Shown here piece by piece: positions 39,652 through 50,962 of a stretch of DNA of 64,000 nt. The stretch's first letter is position 1, and every line of letters starts with the position of its first letter. This stretch comes from Basidiobolus meristosporus CBS 931.73. Taxonomy: Eukaryota > Fungi > Basidiobolomycota. Under the pieces are notes generated by a model. It had not been told where the DNA came from. It did no database searches and worked only from the letters and a program-made list of their open reading frames with translations. The translations under genes were made by a program, and so were the position numbers. The stretch spans positions 19,850 through 83,849 of the forward strand of contig MCFE01000384.1 of assembly GCA_002104905.1 (NCBI GenBank), written 5' to 3'.

Positions 39652-39723
39652 GGCTCAATGGTCTAGTAGTATGATTCCTCGTTCGGGTCGAGGAGGTCCC
39701 GGGTTCAATTCCCGGTTGAGCCC
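39652..39723 (+). tRNA. tRNA-Pro(CGG), cassette 1
   Basis: 72-nt cloverleaf GGCTCAA/TTGAGCC, anticodon arm CCTCG-TTCGGGT-CGAGG, T-loop GTTCAAT, downstream T-run. Confidence 0.93.
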
Positions 39724-39803
39724 TTCTTTTCTCACACCTTTTGCAGCTGGTTCATTTTGCTGATTGGCAAGGGTTCGGATACTGAGAAAAATAAAAAAGA
39801 AAG

Positions 39804-39876
39804 CGACCCAGGTGGGGGTCGAACCCACGACTTTCTCCTCCGGAGGGAGACACTCTTTCCACTGAGCTACAGGGCC
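39804..39876 (-). tRNA. tRNA-Arg(CCG), cassette 1
   Basis: 73-nt cloverleaf, anticodon arm TCTCC-CTCCGGA-GGAGA, T-arm GTGGG-TTCGACC-CCCAC; T6:T67 mismatch in the acceptor stem. Confidence 0.92.
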
Positions 39877-40703
39877 ATTTACGAAACTTTTGCACTTCTT
39901 GCCTTCTACAGAGCTATATTGTTGTATCCGATTAGCTAGAAAATGGACTAGAGTGCTTAGTTTGATATCTCTCTGTGATGCCTAAAGTAGAAAATTCGAT
40001 TTTCAAACCAGAGTACTGCTCATAACTTGACTGGAAAGACGCTTAGCCTAGAATGCTTATAAGGCTTTTTATAACTATCCTATGAGAAACTTTGGTCATT
40101 AACATATATGGGTACTTTAAAGGTGTTATCATTCTGCTGGATTCTCTTATGCCATTGTAGTAACAACTTTCTGTCATGGACATGTTTACATAGGTAATGA
40201 TGGTTTGCACATTGGTATTCCGCTACGATGTCTCTGGTATGAGTTAATCACATTGACTGTTAGAGCTGGGTGTGAAATGTTTCAATAACTAATCATTCTT
40301 CCAGCGATTATACTTGGTCCAAATCTACATTGGTAATGAATGTAACCATCTGCTGGAAAGCAAGTGAAAACCAATCTGGTTTCATTGAGTCTAAAAATGC
40401 TTACCATCTCCATTGGCAAGCTTAAATTTTGTAGGGTACAAGTGCTACCTTCGAAGAAGAGTCTTCCTTGAAAAGTGAGCCTTGTTTGTCTCCATCCTCC
40501 AATCAGGATAACTGCATTAAAAGGTAAGCTTGGCATTGTAGGTGATGATTAATGATACACTCAAATCAGACAGATCTAAACTGGCAAGAAAGCGGAATAA
40601 CAGGAATCAAATGTTAAGAGTCAACTACAACATTCTAATGCACACAATGTACAACACATCTACTAACTACGTGTAAAGCAAAAAATGAAACTTTTCCATA
40701 AAT

Positions 40704-40776
40704 GGCCCTGTAGCTCAGTGGAAAGAGTGTCTCCCTCCGGAGGAGAAAGTCGTGGGTTCGACCCCCACCTGGGTCG
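40704..40776 (+). tRNA. tRNA-Arg(CCG), cassette 2
   Basis: Identical to the cassette 1 gene, inverted. Confidence 0.92.
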
Positions 40777-40855
40777 CTTTCTTTTTATTTTTCTCAGTAT
40801 CCGATCCTTTTCAATCAGCAAAAATGAACCATCTGCAAAAGGTGTGAGAAAAGAA

Positions 40856-40927
40856 GGGCTCAACCGGGAATTGAACCCGGGACCTCCTCGACCCGAACGA
40901 GGAATCATACTACTAGACCATTGAGCC
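40856..40927 (-). tRNA. tRNA-Pro(CGG), cassette 2
   Basis: Identical to the cassette 1 gene, inverted. Confidence 0.93.
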
Positions 40928-41845
40928 GCTTTCATGTGAACCTACCTCCTAAGAAAATCCTTATCTTGTAATGTTTATCACCTGTCTCAATTACAATATC
41001 ATTTTATGCTCAGAGTTGGAATGTCAGGAATATTGGACGGAAATTGGCACGCCTTTTAGCTAGATGTAGCTGAGAAATATTCTCCTGTTCGGCAACCAAG
41101 CAATATGCTGACTTCCGGGTCCATGATCATATTCAAATAGCTTTATTTTTGCTCAACCAAACCAGTTCCTAACTACATTCCGTTTCCCTTGCAGCGCCAT
41201 CAGGAAAATTTTCCTGCTTTGCGGCCTTGAGATAGCACTCATAAGTTAGATGGATATGGAACAAGGTTCACTTCCCCCTCACAGCCTGGATTACCTGTAG
41301 CGACTCTGACGAGGTGCCCAGGCACTGAAAATATACTAATCGGGAATCCTGCACGTAGATTTGGTATTTAGTTAGCGAAACCACTTATCCGGTCGATGCT
41401 GTCACTTACGAGCGTAAGGGTATGGTCTGGTTGATACACAAGTAAAGACAAAGCAAAGGCGAGTAACCAAGTAGGGCCACTGTCAAGTAAGAAAATAAGG
41501 AGATTTGAGACAGCAGGGCGAAACTGAGTATACTCACTATAGCTTATAAATATCTATCAAACAACTTGGGAAAACCACAGAGTTAATCCATGACAACAAT
41601 ATGGATTAGAACATACCTCCCCAGATATAAGGTCACTTCTTAAAACCTAAAGGCTTCTCAATAGCCGGTCTATCTACGAGTTTCGAGTGATACTCTTTTA
41701 ATTGCGAAATAGAACTGTTGCTGTGCTCAAGGTTCAATCCACTACAAATCACACAGAACGCGGAAAAAAAAGGAAGATGAGCAACTCACAAGACATATTA
41801 TTTATTATATTGAAATGGGAAAAGCAAATCAACGTAGAGAATGCT

Positions 41846-42895
41846 TTAATTTTGGGAACCATAGCCACGAATACTTTCGGCAAAGCTCCATTCTGTGGGC
41901 AAAGTATAAGGCTCAGTGATTTCAACCCCTTCAGCCGTAACCTTAGCGCGTTGGAACTTGTTAAGGGAGCGGGCATCACGATAGTACAGCACGCGCATGC
42001 AATCATCAAGGATTTTGATAGCTTCCTCCTCGGTCAATGTCTCCTCATTTCCTTCGACGGCTTTACGAAGGATTGGTTGTGCTAAATAGGCGCCAAATCC
42101 AGTTGCAATGGTGCTGGATTGATAGGTTGTTCCTTGAAGGTCAACAAAGCCCAAGAATCTTCGTATGGAGTAAGTAAATTATACGTTGCAGCGAGTAGAA
42201 GCTAGTAAATACTGCACATACCCTTTTCCATCATGGAATCCACCAACGATGTAAGCATTCCAAAGAGGGTTCATCTTACTACGACGAGCATACATAACCT
42301 GACTCAGGTATTCATAAATGTGTGGTGTACCAAGAACATGACCATCATCCATGTAATACTCCTTGATCCTATATAGTCCGAATGTCAAGCTGGTTAAAAC
42401 ACATCTCAAGATGATCTTGATGTTTTTAAACTGACATTAATTTTTCTAGCAGATGCTTGGTATACTGGTAATCCGAAATGTCACCACCAGCACCAAGGAC
42501 GGTATAATCACCAACTGAGGAAAGACGCTCAACATCGCGGAAACGAGCCAAACTTCCATACGATGCTATATTGTACAACTATTGGTCACCATTGCAACAA
42601 GAAGCTGAATAGGGAAGAATAAGTAACATACCAAGGCAATCGGCAGACATCATAATTCCATCCTTATATTTAATAGCCAAGATCGAGGTACCAGTAACAA
42701 TGGGCTGTCTACAAGGGAGTGGAATCTGTTAACATAGAATACTCTGTGGGCTACTGCAGATTATGCTTACTGGGTACGGGTGACGGGTCCATGTGCAGCA
42801 GTAGGGTGACTTTTATAGAGGGGATAAGAGTTGAAGTTATCGGCAGAAGCGGTATCTTGACGAGGTCTGCCCCAGTGTAAAGGAAAATGCTCCAT
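41846..42895 (-). CDS. PRE4: 20S proteasome subunit beta-7
   Basis: TQ|QPIVTGTSILAIKYKDG, RRSKMNPLWNAYIVGG, ATGFGAYLAQPILR, VLYYRDARS. Confidence 0.96.
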
Positions 42896-43658
42896 ATTTA
42901 GATTTGTTCGAATGTAAGATTGTGTTGAACAAAGGTCTCTCTCAGAGGTATTAGAAGCGGTAATGGTATTTTCCTGTTGACAATTACGCAACATGGAATT
43001 TTTCAAATCTGAATATACGTCATTCCCTTGGATTTAATCAAACTCTGCAGAACCCCATTTAATCTAAGCCGCATCGAATGTACTTTGATTTGGATTTATT
43101 CAGTGGCAACTCCGCCGTAGATTTTGCATTGAATTTGGATTTAGATGAGCAAGATCAGCCTCAACAAACGTGCTCGATATCGAGGGTTTGGAGGTAGCAT
43201 TTGGGCTGAATCTGCTGCGGGAATGTAGTTCTCTTGGCAGCTTTTGATTTATAAGAAAGCGGGAGTAAACTTATTTCCGCAGAGGTCATGCATTGCTGCA
43301 TCATCATACTTGGCTGATTTACTGAAAATCACTCACGATCCACCCCAGCTCTCGTGGCTGATTCCAAATAGTTAGTTTGCTGAGAACGCAGGGGACTAGT
43401 GCTCCTATTATCAAGCTAAGAGCTATGGGTGGTACCACTTTGGATTTTCATTCAACACCAATAATTCTTTGTATTTGTCCAACATGTGAACATATATATT
43501 AACGTATAAGATTGCATTATCTCCCAAATTAGTAAATTGTGTCCCATTATTGCTAGCAATTCAGTACTGTTTCTGTGGCCAACCAAATCAACCTTAAATA
43601 GACCTCGATGCTTCAAATGCGCTTCTCTCAACTCTAATATCTCTTTCTATCCTGCACC

Positions 43659-44846
43659 ATGTCTTCTGGTAAGTTTGACTACGAAGCACCAGGAAAGCGC
43701 TGAAATGTCTAACTCGTAACTCGTAACTCTCAGCTCTCTATCTCGCTTGTGATATCGCAAAGGAAAAGGGTCTCCCTTTAGCCAGTAGGCTCACTACCGA
43801 GGATTTCAAGTGGACTCTGGCTTCAGGGTCAGCAACTGAGACAGTCACTTACTACATTCACCTCAAAGATGGAGGGCTCTTGTTTGTCCAACTTGCACAC
43901 TCGAATATTGGGTAACTTTTGTTTCCAGGGTATTTCTTGCTACTTCAGTGTAAACTGACCAACACGTTTGTTCAGCTTATCCCCCACAATCCAAACCTCC
44001 GCTCGATATGTCAGTGGCGATATCCACAAATTCGAAACCGCCAATCACTCCTCACGTTCCTTCAAGCTCAGTGCCGATAGACTTTCAGTGAACCTTGACG
44101 GAATGTCAATCCAGCATGGCAAGGGTAACGAGATGACGGTCGAGTTGTCACTGAAAAACATCCATGTGAATTTCACATTCACTCCCGTCGACAGTGGGTA
44201 TAAAATCGGGGAGGGCAAAACCTTCTTTAACAAGGTGAACAGCAACAATTTCATTTGCCACAAATTCTTACCCGGTGGCCGAGTCACTGGCAAGATCATC
44301 CTTAACGGCAAGGAGAGCGAACTAGCTGGTGATGGTATATTCATCCATGCACTTCTTGGCTTAAAGCCACACGAGGCAGCATCCAAATGCAATCTGATCT
44401 CGCTTCAAAGCGAGAATGCCGCCCTCAGTATGCTTCAATTTGAAACTCCCAGATCGTATGGAAGCAAGGATGTTACTCAGGGCGCGTTTGTATACAATAA
44501 CGAATTGGTTGCTGTCACAGTAGACAACACATCCAGTTTCGTAGCCACCAAACTTGATCCCGACACTAAATACGAGGTCCCCACCGAAATCAAATATATC
44601 TGGTCCGGAGAAACGCTGAAGAAGGAGAAGTTTGTGGCAGAGATGACAGTCAAGCCACAGTTCCTACTTGCCAAGATCGACGTCCTGAGCGAACTGCCAT
44701 TCCTACTCAGAAAGGTGATCCAAACCCTATTTACCAAGCCTTATGTGTACCAGTATTACGACAATGCCGAGGTGCAAGTGGTCATTGGCGAAGAGAAAAT
44801 CAACTTCAATGGCAAAGCCTTTTACGAATGCTCCTTCCTGAACTAG
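43659..44846 (+). CDS. SVF1: Survival factor 1 (Svf1) family protein
   Basis: KWTLASGSATETVTYY..FVQLAHSNIG exon; GIFIHALLGLKPHEAASKCN, KIDVLSELPFLLRK..TKPYVYQY. First exon approximate. Confidence 0.85.
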
Positions 44847-45953
44847 ATATTTAATAGCGTTTTCTGTCCATTCTATTATCCCGTTCTATCTCTATATTCC
44901 ATGTTAATATTCCCCTAATGCAACTTATAAGGACTAATACACCCCCGTGTAAGATTATACCCCTTTATCAATCCTCAAGTCACTGAGGAATTAAAGTTTA
45001 GATGCACCACGCAAGTAGTCGTACAAGCAGCGATTTAATTTCCGTTGCCGTGTATGTTGAGGAAAATACCGGGCTAGCTAAGAAACACAAGGATGATACG
45101 TGATACTTACCACTCAGTAGAAAAGTGCCAAGAAATTCCAGATGCATGGTTTCTTAAACGGTACTCAATATCCCAGCACATGATATCAGTAAATTACCAC
45201 AAAGGAATGCCACGTACAGAGAGAAAACATGGAACTGCTCTGGTTCTTTGGTATGTTTTCCGTTTACCCTATTCTTGGGGATGTTTGTATTGAATTGAAC
45301 GAGTACAGTATTACGCAACTAAAGAGTATTCTTCCTTGAGATGTACGTAGATAATCTCAGGTAATTCAAAGGTGTCTGCAAAGATGTCTAAGGTATTTCG
45401 ACTATATATACATGTTCACGCTCATAGTCTATTCCCAAATTTCTATACTTTTCCCATCTGTTCTTCAAATACTATTGTGTATGGAAGCTTCTGATACCAT
45501 ATTTTTTCTTTGGAAGGTGGCTGGTTTTCGCATCTATAGTTTCGTCTTGAGTTTTACTGGTCACTATTTGGGTTTGAAACAAAAGATGTATTGTTGTGTA
45601 AAGATAATGATTGCGACAAGTTGTTGATATAGGGATTGTGACTCTATCCTGACAAGTTCCGAAGGGAGAAGACGATTCCTTTTTTGTCTTGGATTTTAAG
45701 AGCGAGAATCCACGTTACTCTATTTGTTTACTTTGTGGATTTGTTTTATCAATCTGGTATTCTGTCACTGGAAGATCAAAGCGAATACAAATTTAATCTT
45801 GCCCACGCGCATGTTACGGAACAATATATTATCGAGGGAAGACAATTCATGGAACGTCCCTTAATTTGAAGAACTTTAGTAATAACCAGGTATGCAGAGG
45901 CATTCACTGCATTGAGTGTACTGAGATAATGTTTGCCCGAAATTCATGAACAC

Positions 45954-46025
45954 GGCTCAATGGTCTAGTAGTATGATTCCTCGTTCGGGTCGAGGAGGTC
46001 CCGGGTTCAATTCCCGGTTGAGCCC
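45954..46025 (+). tRNA. tRNA-Pro(CGG), cassette 3
   Basis: Identical 72-nt gene. Confidence 0.93.
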
Positions 46026-46105
46026 TTCTTTTCTCACACCTTTTGCAGATGGTTCATTTTTGCTGGTTGAAATGGATCGGATACTGAGAAAAATAAAAAA
46101 GGAAG

Positions 46106-46178
46106 CGACCCAGGTGGGGGTCGAACCCACGACTTTCTCCTCCGGAGGGAGACACTCTTTCCACTGAGCTACAGGGCC
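46106..46178 (-). tRNA. tRNA-Arg(CCG), cassette 3
   Basis: Identical 73-nt gene. Confidence 0.92.
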
Positions 46179-47075
46179 ATTTACGAAATGTGACCAAGTA
46201 AGGAGTCACACGATGTCAAGTGACATCAAGACGACTCAGTAGCCTGTGAAAAGTAAAAGAGACAAATCACCAGACTCACAATTAGGTAAACAATCGAATA
46301 AAGTTTAAGTTTGGTTATAGGTAGGAAGAGCGGTAGGAACGATTATTACTTTGAATATGTTTCTACAAGTCACCATCCTAACCCTTTAAGAGATATTCTT
46401 ACACTACCCCGTCGGATCTACGAGGTAACGTACACGTTATCTCTTTCCGTACTCTTTAAAGGACACTCCTCTTTAAGTACGTAGCAGAGATATTAAAATG
46501 TAAAGTCTTTACTGACTTCTCAATATCATCTGTTATGTTTATCAATCATTTTTCAAGCTCTCTTCTCCCTTATTTCTAGTATCAACCCGCCCCATTTGGA
46601 TAGGCCATTTTTTCTGTGCCAATATGAGTATCAAAGTACTTTCTCTGTCTGCCTTTTCTGGTTCTGATTGTGATATTGGCTATTTATGTTCACATATGAG
46701 TCCCTACTGGTCAAAGTATATCCAAGTCAATATGAGCTTTAATATGGTCGTCCTGGATTTCACTAATGGTCTAGTAACCAGAGAGGTTTACACTATTCAA
46801 ACTACAGAAGGTAGGAAATCTTCATGCATAACTAGTAGGCCACTTCCATTATCGTAGAATCGTTACTTCATCCAAGCTACCACTGGTAATATTTTACGGA
46901 GTCATATATAATACGGTGGCGTTTTATTTACCACTTCTAGCATTTGCTCTCATATTTGTTTCGTAGACTTCAACCGAACAAATAGATTGATATCCAGGAA
47001 TTAATGGAACACAAAATAAATATACCAAGTATAGCCTATTTGTTGGGTATGTAAACAACACTCTCACAATAATAT

Positions 47076-47984
47076 CTATAATACAATGGGGGGAGATTGG
47101 CCCAAGACTGTTTCAAATGGAAGTGGTGATTTACGTGGTAAGAAAGCAAAAATCCCGTCCATGATTGGAATATCCAGGATTGTCGGTGGCGTTGGGGCTT
47201 GTTCAGGCACCAAATCGATTGGAGCAATGTCATTGGTGTTGCCAGTATCAGGCCTGTTCTCAGGCGGCATAGTGGTTTCAGGATTGCGTTCTTGGTCAAT
47301 TGAAACATCTATCGGCTTTGTCTCTGGTTGATTTAGTTCAACATTGGATTTTTCCTCACGAATGGGGTTGTTCACTTCAGTATCTGGGATTTGGTGATTG
47401 ATTCCTCTCAAGTCACCGTTAAGCTCTGGTCCACTACCATTACTGGTAATAGCTTGATTAGTCGGGCTCGCATCTTTTGGCTCTTTAAAGGTAGTACTAG
47501 AGATTGAATTGACAGTTGGGAATCCGTCCAAAATAGCAGGCTGGCTCTCTATTGTGTCAGCAGGTGGCTGTTCACGGTTGCTAGGGGCTTCAATATTTTT
47601 CGCTTTGCAGCCACCGGTTTTCCTAGTGCTAACGGGGTCGACTACTGTGGGGGGACTACTGTTTACTAAATCGAAATTTTGCTGGATGATCTGATCATTG
47701 CTATTTATGCTCCTATTGATAGGCTCCAGACTTCCATGTTTCGAACAGCTCTTAGGGCAGGTGCACTTGGAGTCAGTCGATTCCTTTCTCTCCCCAGAGC
47801 TCTCCAATGCGGGCACTTTTAAATCAGAACTTGTATGATCCCTATTGCCCAGGGTGTTTTCAGGAGAAGCGCGCACAATTGTATCTAGGGTGGTGGAGGC
47901 GATTTTTTGTCTACAAATAACCGCAGACCTCGCTGTATCCAGCAGTAGTAGACAGACATACAGACAGTAGATTGAAAACCTCAT
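47076..47984 (-). CDS. Hypothetical secreted Pro/Thr/Ser/Asn-rich protein (302 aa)
   Basis: Hydrophobic N-terminus MRFSIYCLYVCLLLLDTARSA, short Cys cluster CTCPKSC, TATA-like sequence upstream at about 48040. Confidence 0.65.
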   Translation of the reverse strand: MRFSIYCLYVCLLLLDTARSAVICRQKIASTTLDTIVRASPENTLGNRDHTSSDLKVPALESSGERKESTDSKCTCPKSCSKHGSLEPINRSINSNDQIIQQNFDLVNSSPPTVVDPVSTRKTGGCKAKNIEAPSNREQPPADTIESQPAILDGFPTVNSISSTTFKEPKDASPTNQAITSNGSGPELNGDLRGINHQIPDTEVNNPIREEKSNVELNQPETKPIDVSIDQERNPETTMPPENRPDTGNTNDIAPIDLVPEQAPTPPTILDIPIMDGIFAFLPRKSPLPFETVLGQSPPIVL

Positions 47985-48664
47985 ATCCGAAGTTGTGCTG
48001 GTAACTTGAATGATTTGGCAGTAAGCATCTCGCTCGAGGTATATATGTGGAGCGAAGCTAACAGCGATTCGGTCGGGAGAATTAATCCATTAGCCAAAAT
48101 GCAGTTGGGTTGGCAACATGAATGAGCATTTGCGAATAGGTGGCAAGTATGAGGCGGTTCGGGCTTAGGGTATTTGCAAGATGAACATATCTCCGTACTG
48201 TGGCATATGCTCTTGTTGAGGCCTCTACTCTCACCTAGGGAGAACTAATCACAAGTAGCCCAGCAAAGATTCCAACCCTGTGGTCTGGACCAATCACCGG
48301 TGTTGCGCGTAGGATCCCCCTTTTCCGGACGCATGCCCCTACATGTATGGGCGGAAATACTCGTCCATGAGGAGGCCAGAGTACGGGAATATTCCCACTT
48401 TCGTTGCATGTTATGCTGTATCGGCTGTATCCAGTACACAATATATAGGACATGTAGCGGATCAACCATACAGGGTGCCTAACAAGGGTTTCACCATAAT
48501 CAATTAATTTCATTTGTGCACTTTAATGTGTTTCTTCTAGACGTTTTCCTAATTAGGCGATTCTAGGGAGGAATTGCCATTACGAGCATGGTGATTCCAA
48601 CATATATAAACCTGACATCAAGCAGAGGTTATAGGAAATTTCTCTTCTATTCCATTACTGCATC

Positions 48665-48966
48665 ATGGTAAGTGTGAGTCTACCCCTCGGTTGAACTCGC
48701 GATACTAATGAGTACTAGCAAACCCACAAATTTAAGGTCGCTATGAGTTGTTCTGGTTGCTCCGGTGCGGTTGAACGTGTTTTGAAAAAGCTTGATGGTA
48801 AGCAGGTCGGACCTTTATTGTCATTCGAGTCGCTAATTTCTCAACAGGCGTCGATAATTACGACATTTCTTTGGAGCAACAGACCGTTACTGTACATGGA
48901 GATATTCCACAGGAAACGGTGTTTGAAGCCATCAAGAAGACTGGCAAGGAGGTCACTCCTATCTAG
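48665..48966 (+). CDS. ATX1: Copper chaperone Atx1 (HMA domain)
   Basis: ATG|intron|QTHKFKVAMSCSGCSGAVERVLKKLD|intron|GVDNYDISLEQQTVTV...AIKKTGKEVTPI-stop; MxCxxC and KKTGK motifs; TATATAAA at about 48603. Confidence 0.95.
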
Positions 48967-49059
48967 AGAGATGATTCGTCAACACTTGATCATGTTACCC
49001 TGGACAATAAATATTACTTTATTAAACTGATTTCATGCTAGTATACATCAAACAATGTT

Positions 49060-49422
49060 TCACTCATCCACTACGAAGCGGGACGTCAGTTTAGCCTCCC
49101 ACACCACATGGCCTTTGACTGGTTTGCCACCAGATTGTTGAAACATGACTCCTCCGAAGCGCCCATTGGTTGTGCCATTGAAGTCCGCATGAAAGCCAAC
49201 CAACGACTTGACAGCATTATCGAACAATTCCCTGAACTCTTTCCCATAATGCTGAAAAGTGGCTTCGACCTCGGCAGTAATTCGGTTATATTCCTCTTCA
49301 GAGATACCCGCGTTCGCGGCCTCTATCTGAGCCGCGGTGGAAGGAAGTTTTGTCCGGGTGCCTGCTAGGACGCAAGCAAAGTATCCAATAACCAACGGGA
49401 CCAAAAGCAAGTTCATCCGCAT
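49060..49422 (-). CDS. Hypothetical small secreted protein (about 120 aa)
   Basis: MRMNLLLVPLVIGYFACVLAG signal-like start; TATA-like sequence at about 49460; no family recognised. Confidence 0.6.
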   Translation of the reverse strand: MRMNLLLVPLVIGYFACVLAGTRTKLPSTAAQIEAANAGISEEEYNRITAEVEATFQHYGKEFRELFDNAVKSLVGFHADFNGTTNGRFGGVMFQQSGGKPVKGHVVWEAKLTSRFVVDE

Positions 49423-50962
49423 TGCAATTTGCTCCTTGTTGATGGCCCTTATCAACATTATATATGCGGGTAAGTCTTTTCAATGCAATGTGTCAACTGG
49501 CTTATCAAGTTACAGGAGGAACATGATTTGAAACATGATTCGGTTTCAGTATATTCCGCTGATACTTACCATTTCACAAGCATTTCAGCAAAAGTGCCAT
49601 GAATAGTGCGTCATACTGAGGGAAACCCAAATTCACAACAATAAAAGACAAAAATATAGCAGGTACCAATCTTTGGTTGTAAACTACTGTAACCAACTTG
49701 GCATTACTAAGAATTTCTATTGTACCAACACGTACACTTTGTTATCCAATATATGATTGAATCTTTGGACATGTAGAGCACCTCACCACTGTCTACATTC
49801 AATTTTGCAACATTGAATGTTGTAAAAGTAGAGGAATGTGATTATAGCCAGTATTACAGTAATGTACTGTGTAGCTCTATCCCTAGTATATCAAGCATCT
49901 AAAGAAGATTAAAGCCAAATACCCTAATACCCAAGGTTTCTTTTAATTTGCTGACAATGTTGAAAGCTGGAGAATATTGGGCTCTTGTTTAGACAGACAA
50001 GTGTTATTGGCTAGGTAGGTGGAAAGAGAAAAACCCAGACAGGGCTTTTAAGAAATATCCTAAAAAAAGACTCAAGAAAATGCCAGCAGAATACCATTGC
50101 AATATCAGCTGAGCTTCATGTTTCTCTAAACTTACAACTCTCATCACCTCAGCTACTAGCAATTTATCACACAAACATGTAGACTTTGCTGGAGGAGAGT
50201 AATCCACCAAGCACTTGATGCATATTACTATTTGCTGTTTCAACTAGATATTTTTGCAAAAACATGAATGATTAACACCAGCTACATCTTAGCCAATTAC
50301 TGCAAAAAACACCAGAAATATGCCAGAAGAGTAAAAGAAGACTTCCAAGAGGAGAGTTTTCACAGGGGGTACTTCCAACTGACATATTCAGGCAGGCCAC
50401 TTAATAAGTACGTATCAGGTGAAGTGTGTTTTAGAAGTAACTACACATCAAGAATGAAGACAAAATTCATTGAGCTTGGCATACAAAGTCCCATTACTTT
50501 ACTGGTATCAGCAATAAGACTGCAAGTGCTAACACAAAGTATTTGACAGTCTGTGGGGTCACTAGCATTTGAAATAACTGACATAACTTCTGGTTTGCCA
50601 AAGCCATGTGGTGGGATTATTGACCTGGTAGGAGCTGCTCCTTACACCTGAGGCACACCAACCTCAAATTTGACCAATTTGCCAACTGTCACTGCTGACT
50701 ATTCATCAATTAGATCACATGATAATAAGGTTGAGAATTAAGAAGTGATTTGCAGCAGCTTACCAGCTGGGCCTGATATACTGATGGGACTATAGTGATC
50801 CCAGTGCCATGGAAATATATCTGAGGCACTATTAGTGGGGATGACTGGCAAGGAGAAAATGTATTTAAGTCCAAATGGTCAGCACTGGTATAGCATCATC
50901 CAATCTTGCCTCAACTTATTAGTGGTCTTCCCATAAAAACTCATCTCTTTCTTTTAGCTAAA

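Larger units (their letters stand above)
39425..41154. repeat. Inverted repeat: arms 39425-39881 and 40699-41154, 817-bp spacer
   Basis: The arms are reverse complements with only scattered substitutions and small indels; weaker similarity extends about 60 bp further out. Confidence 0.95.
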
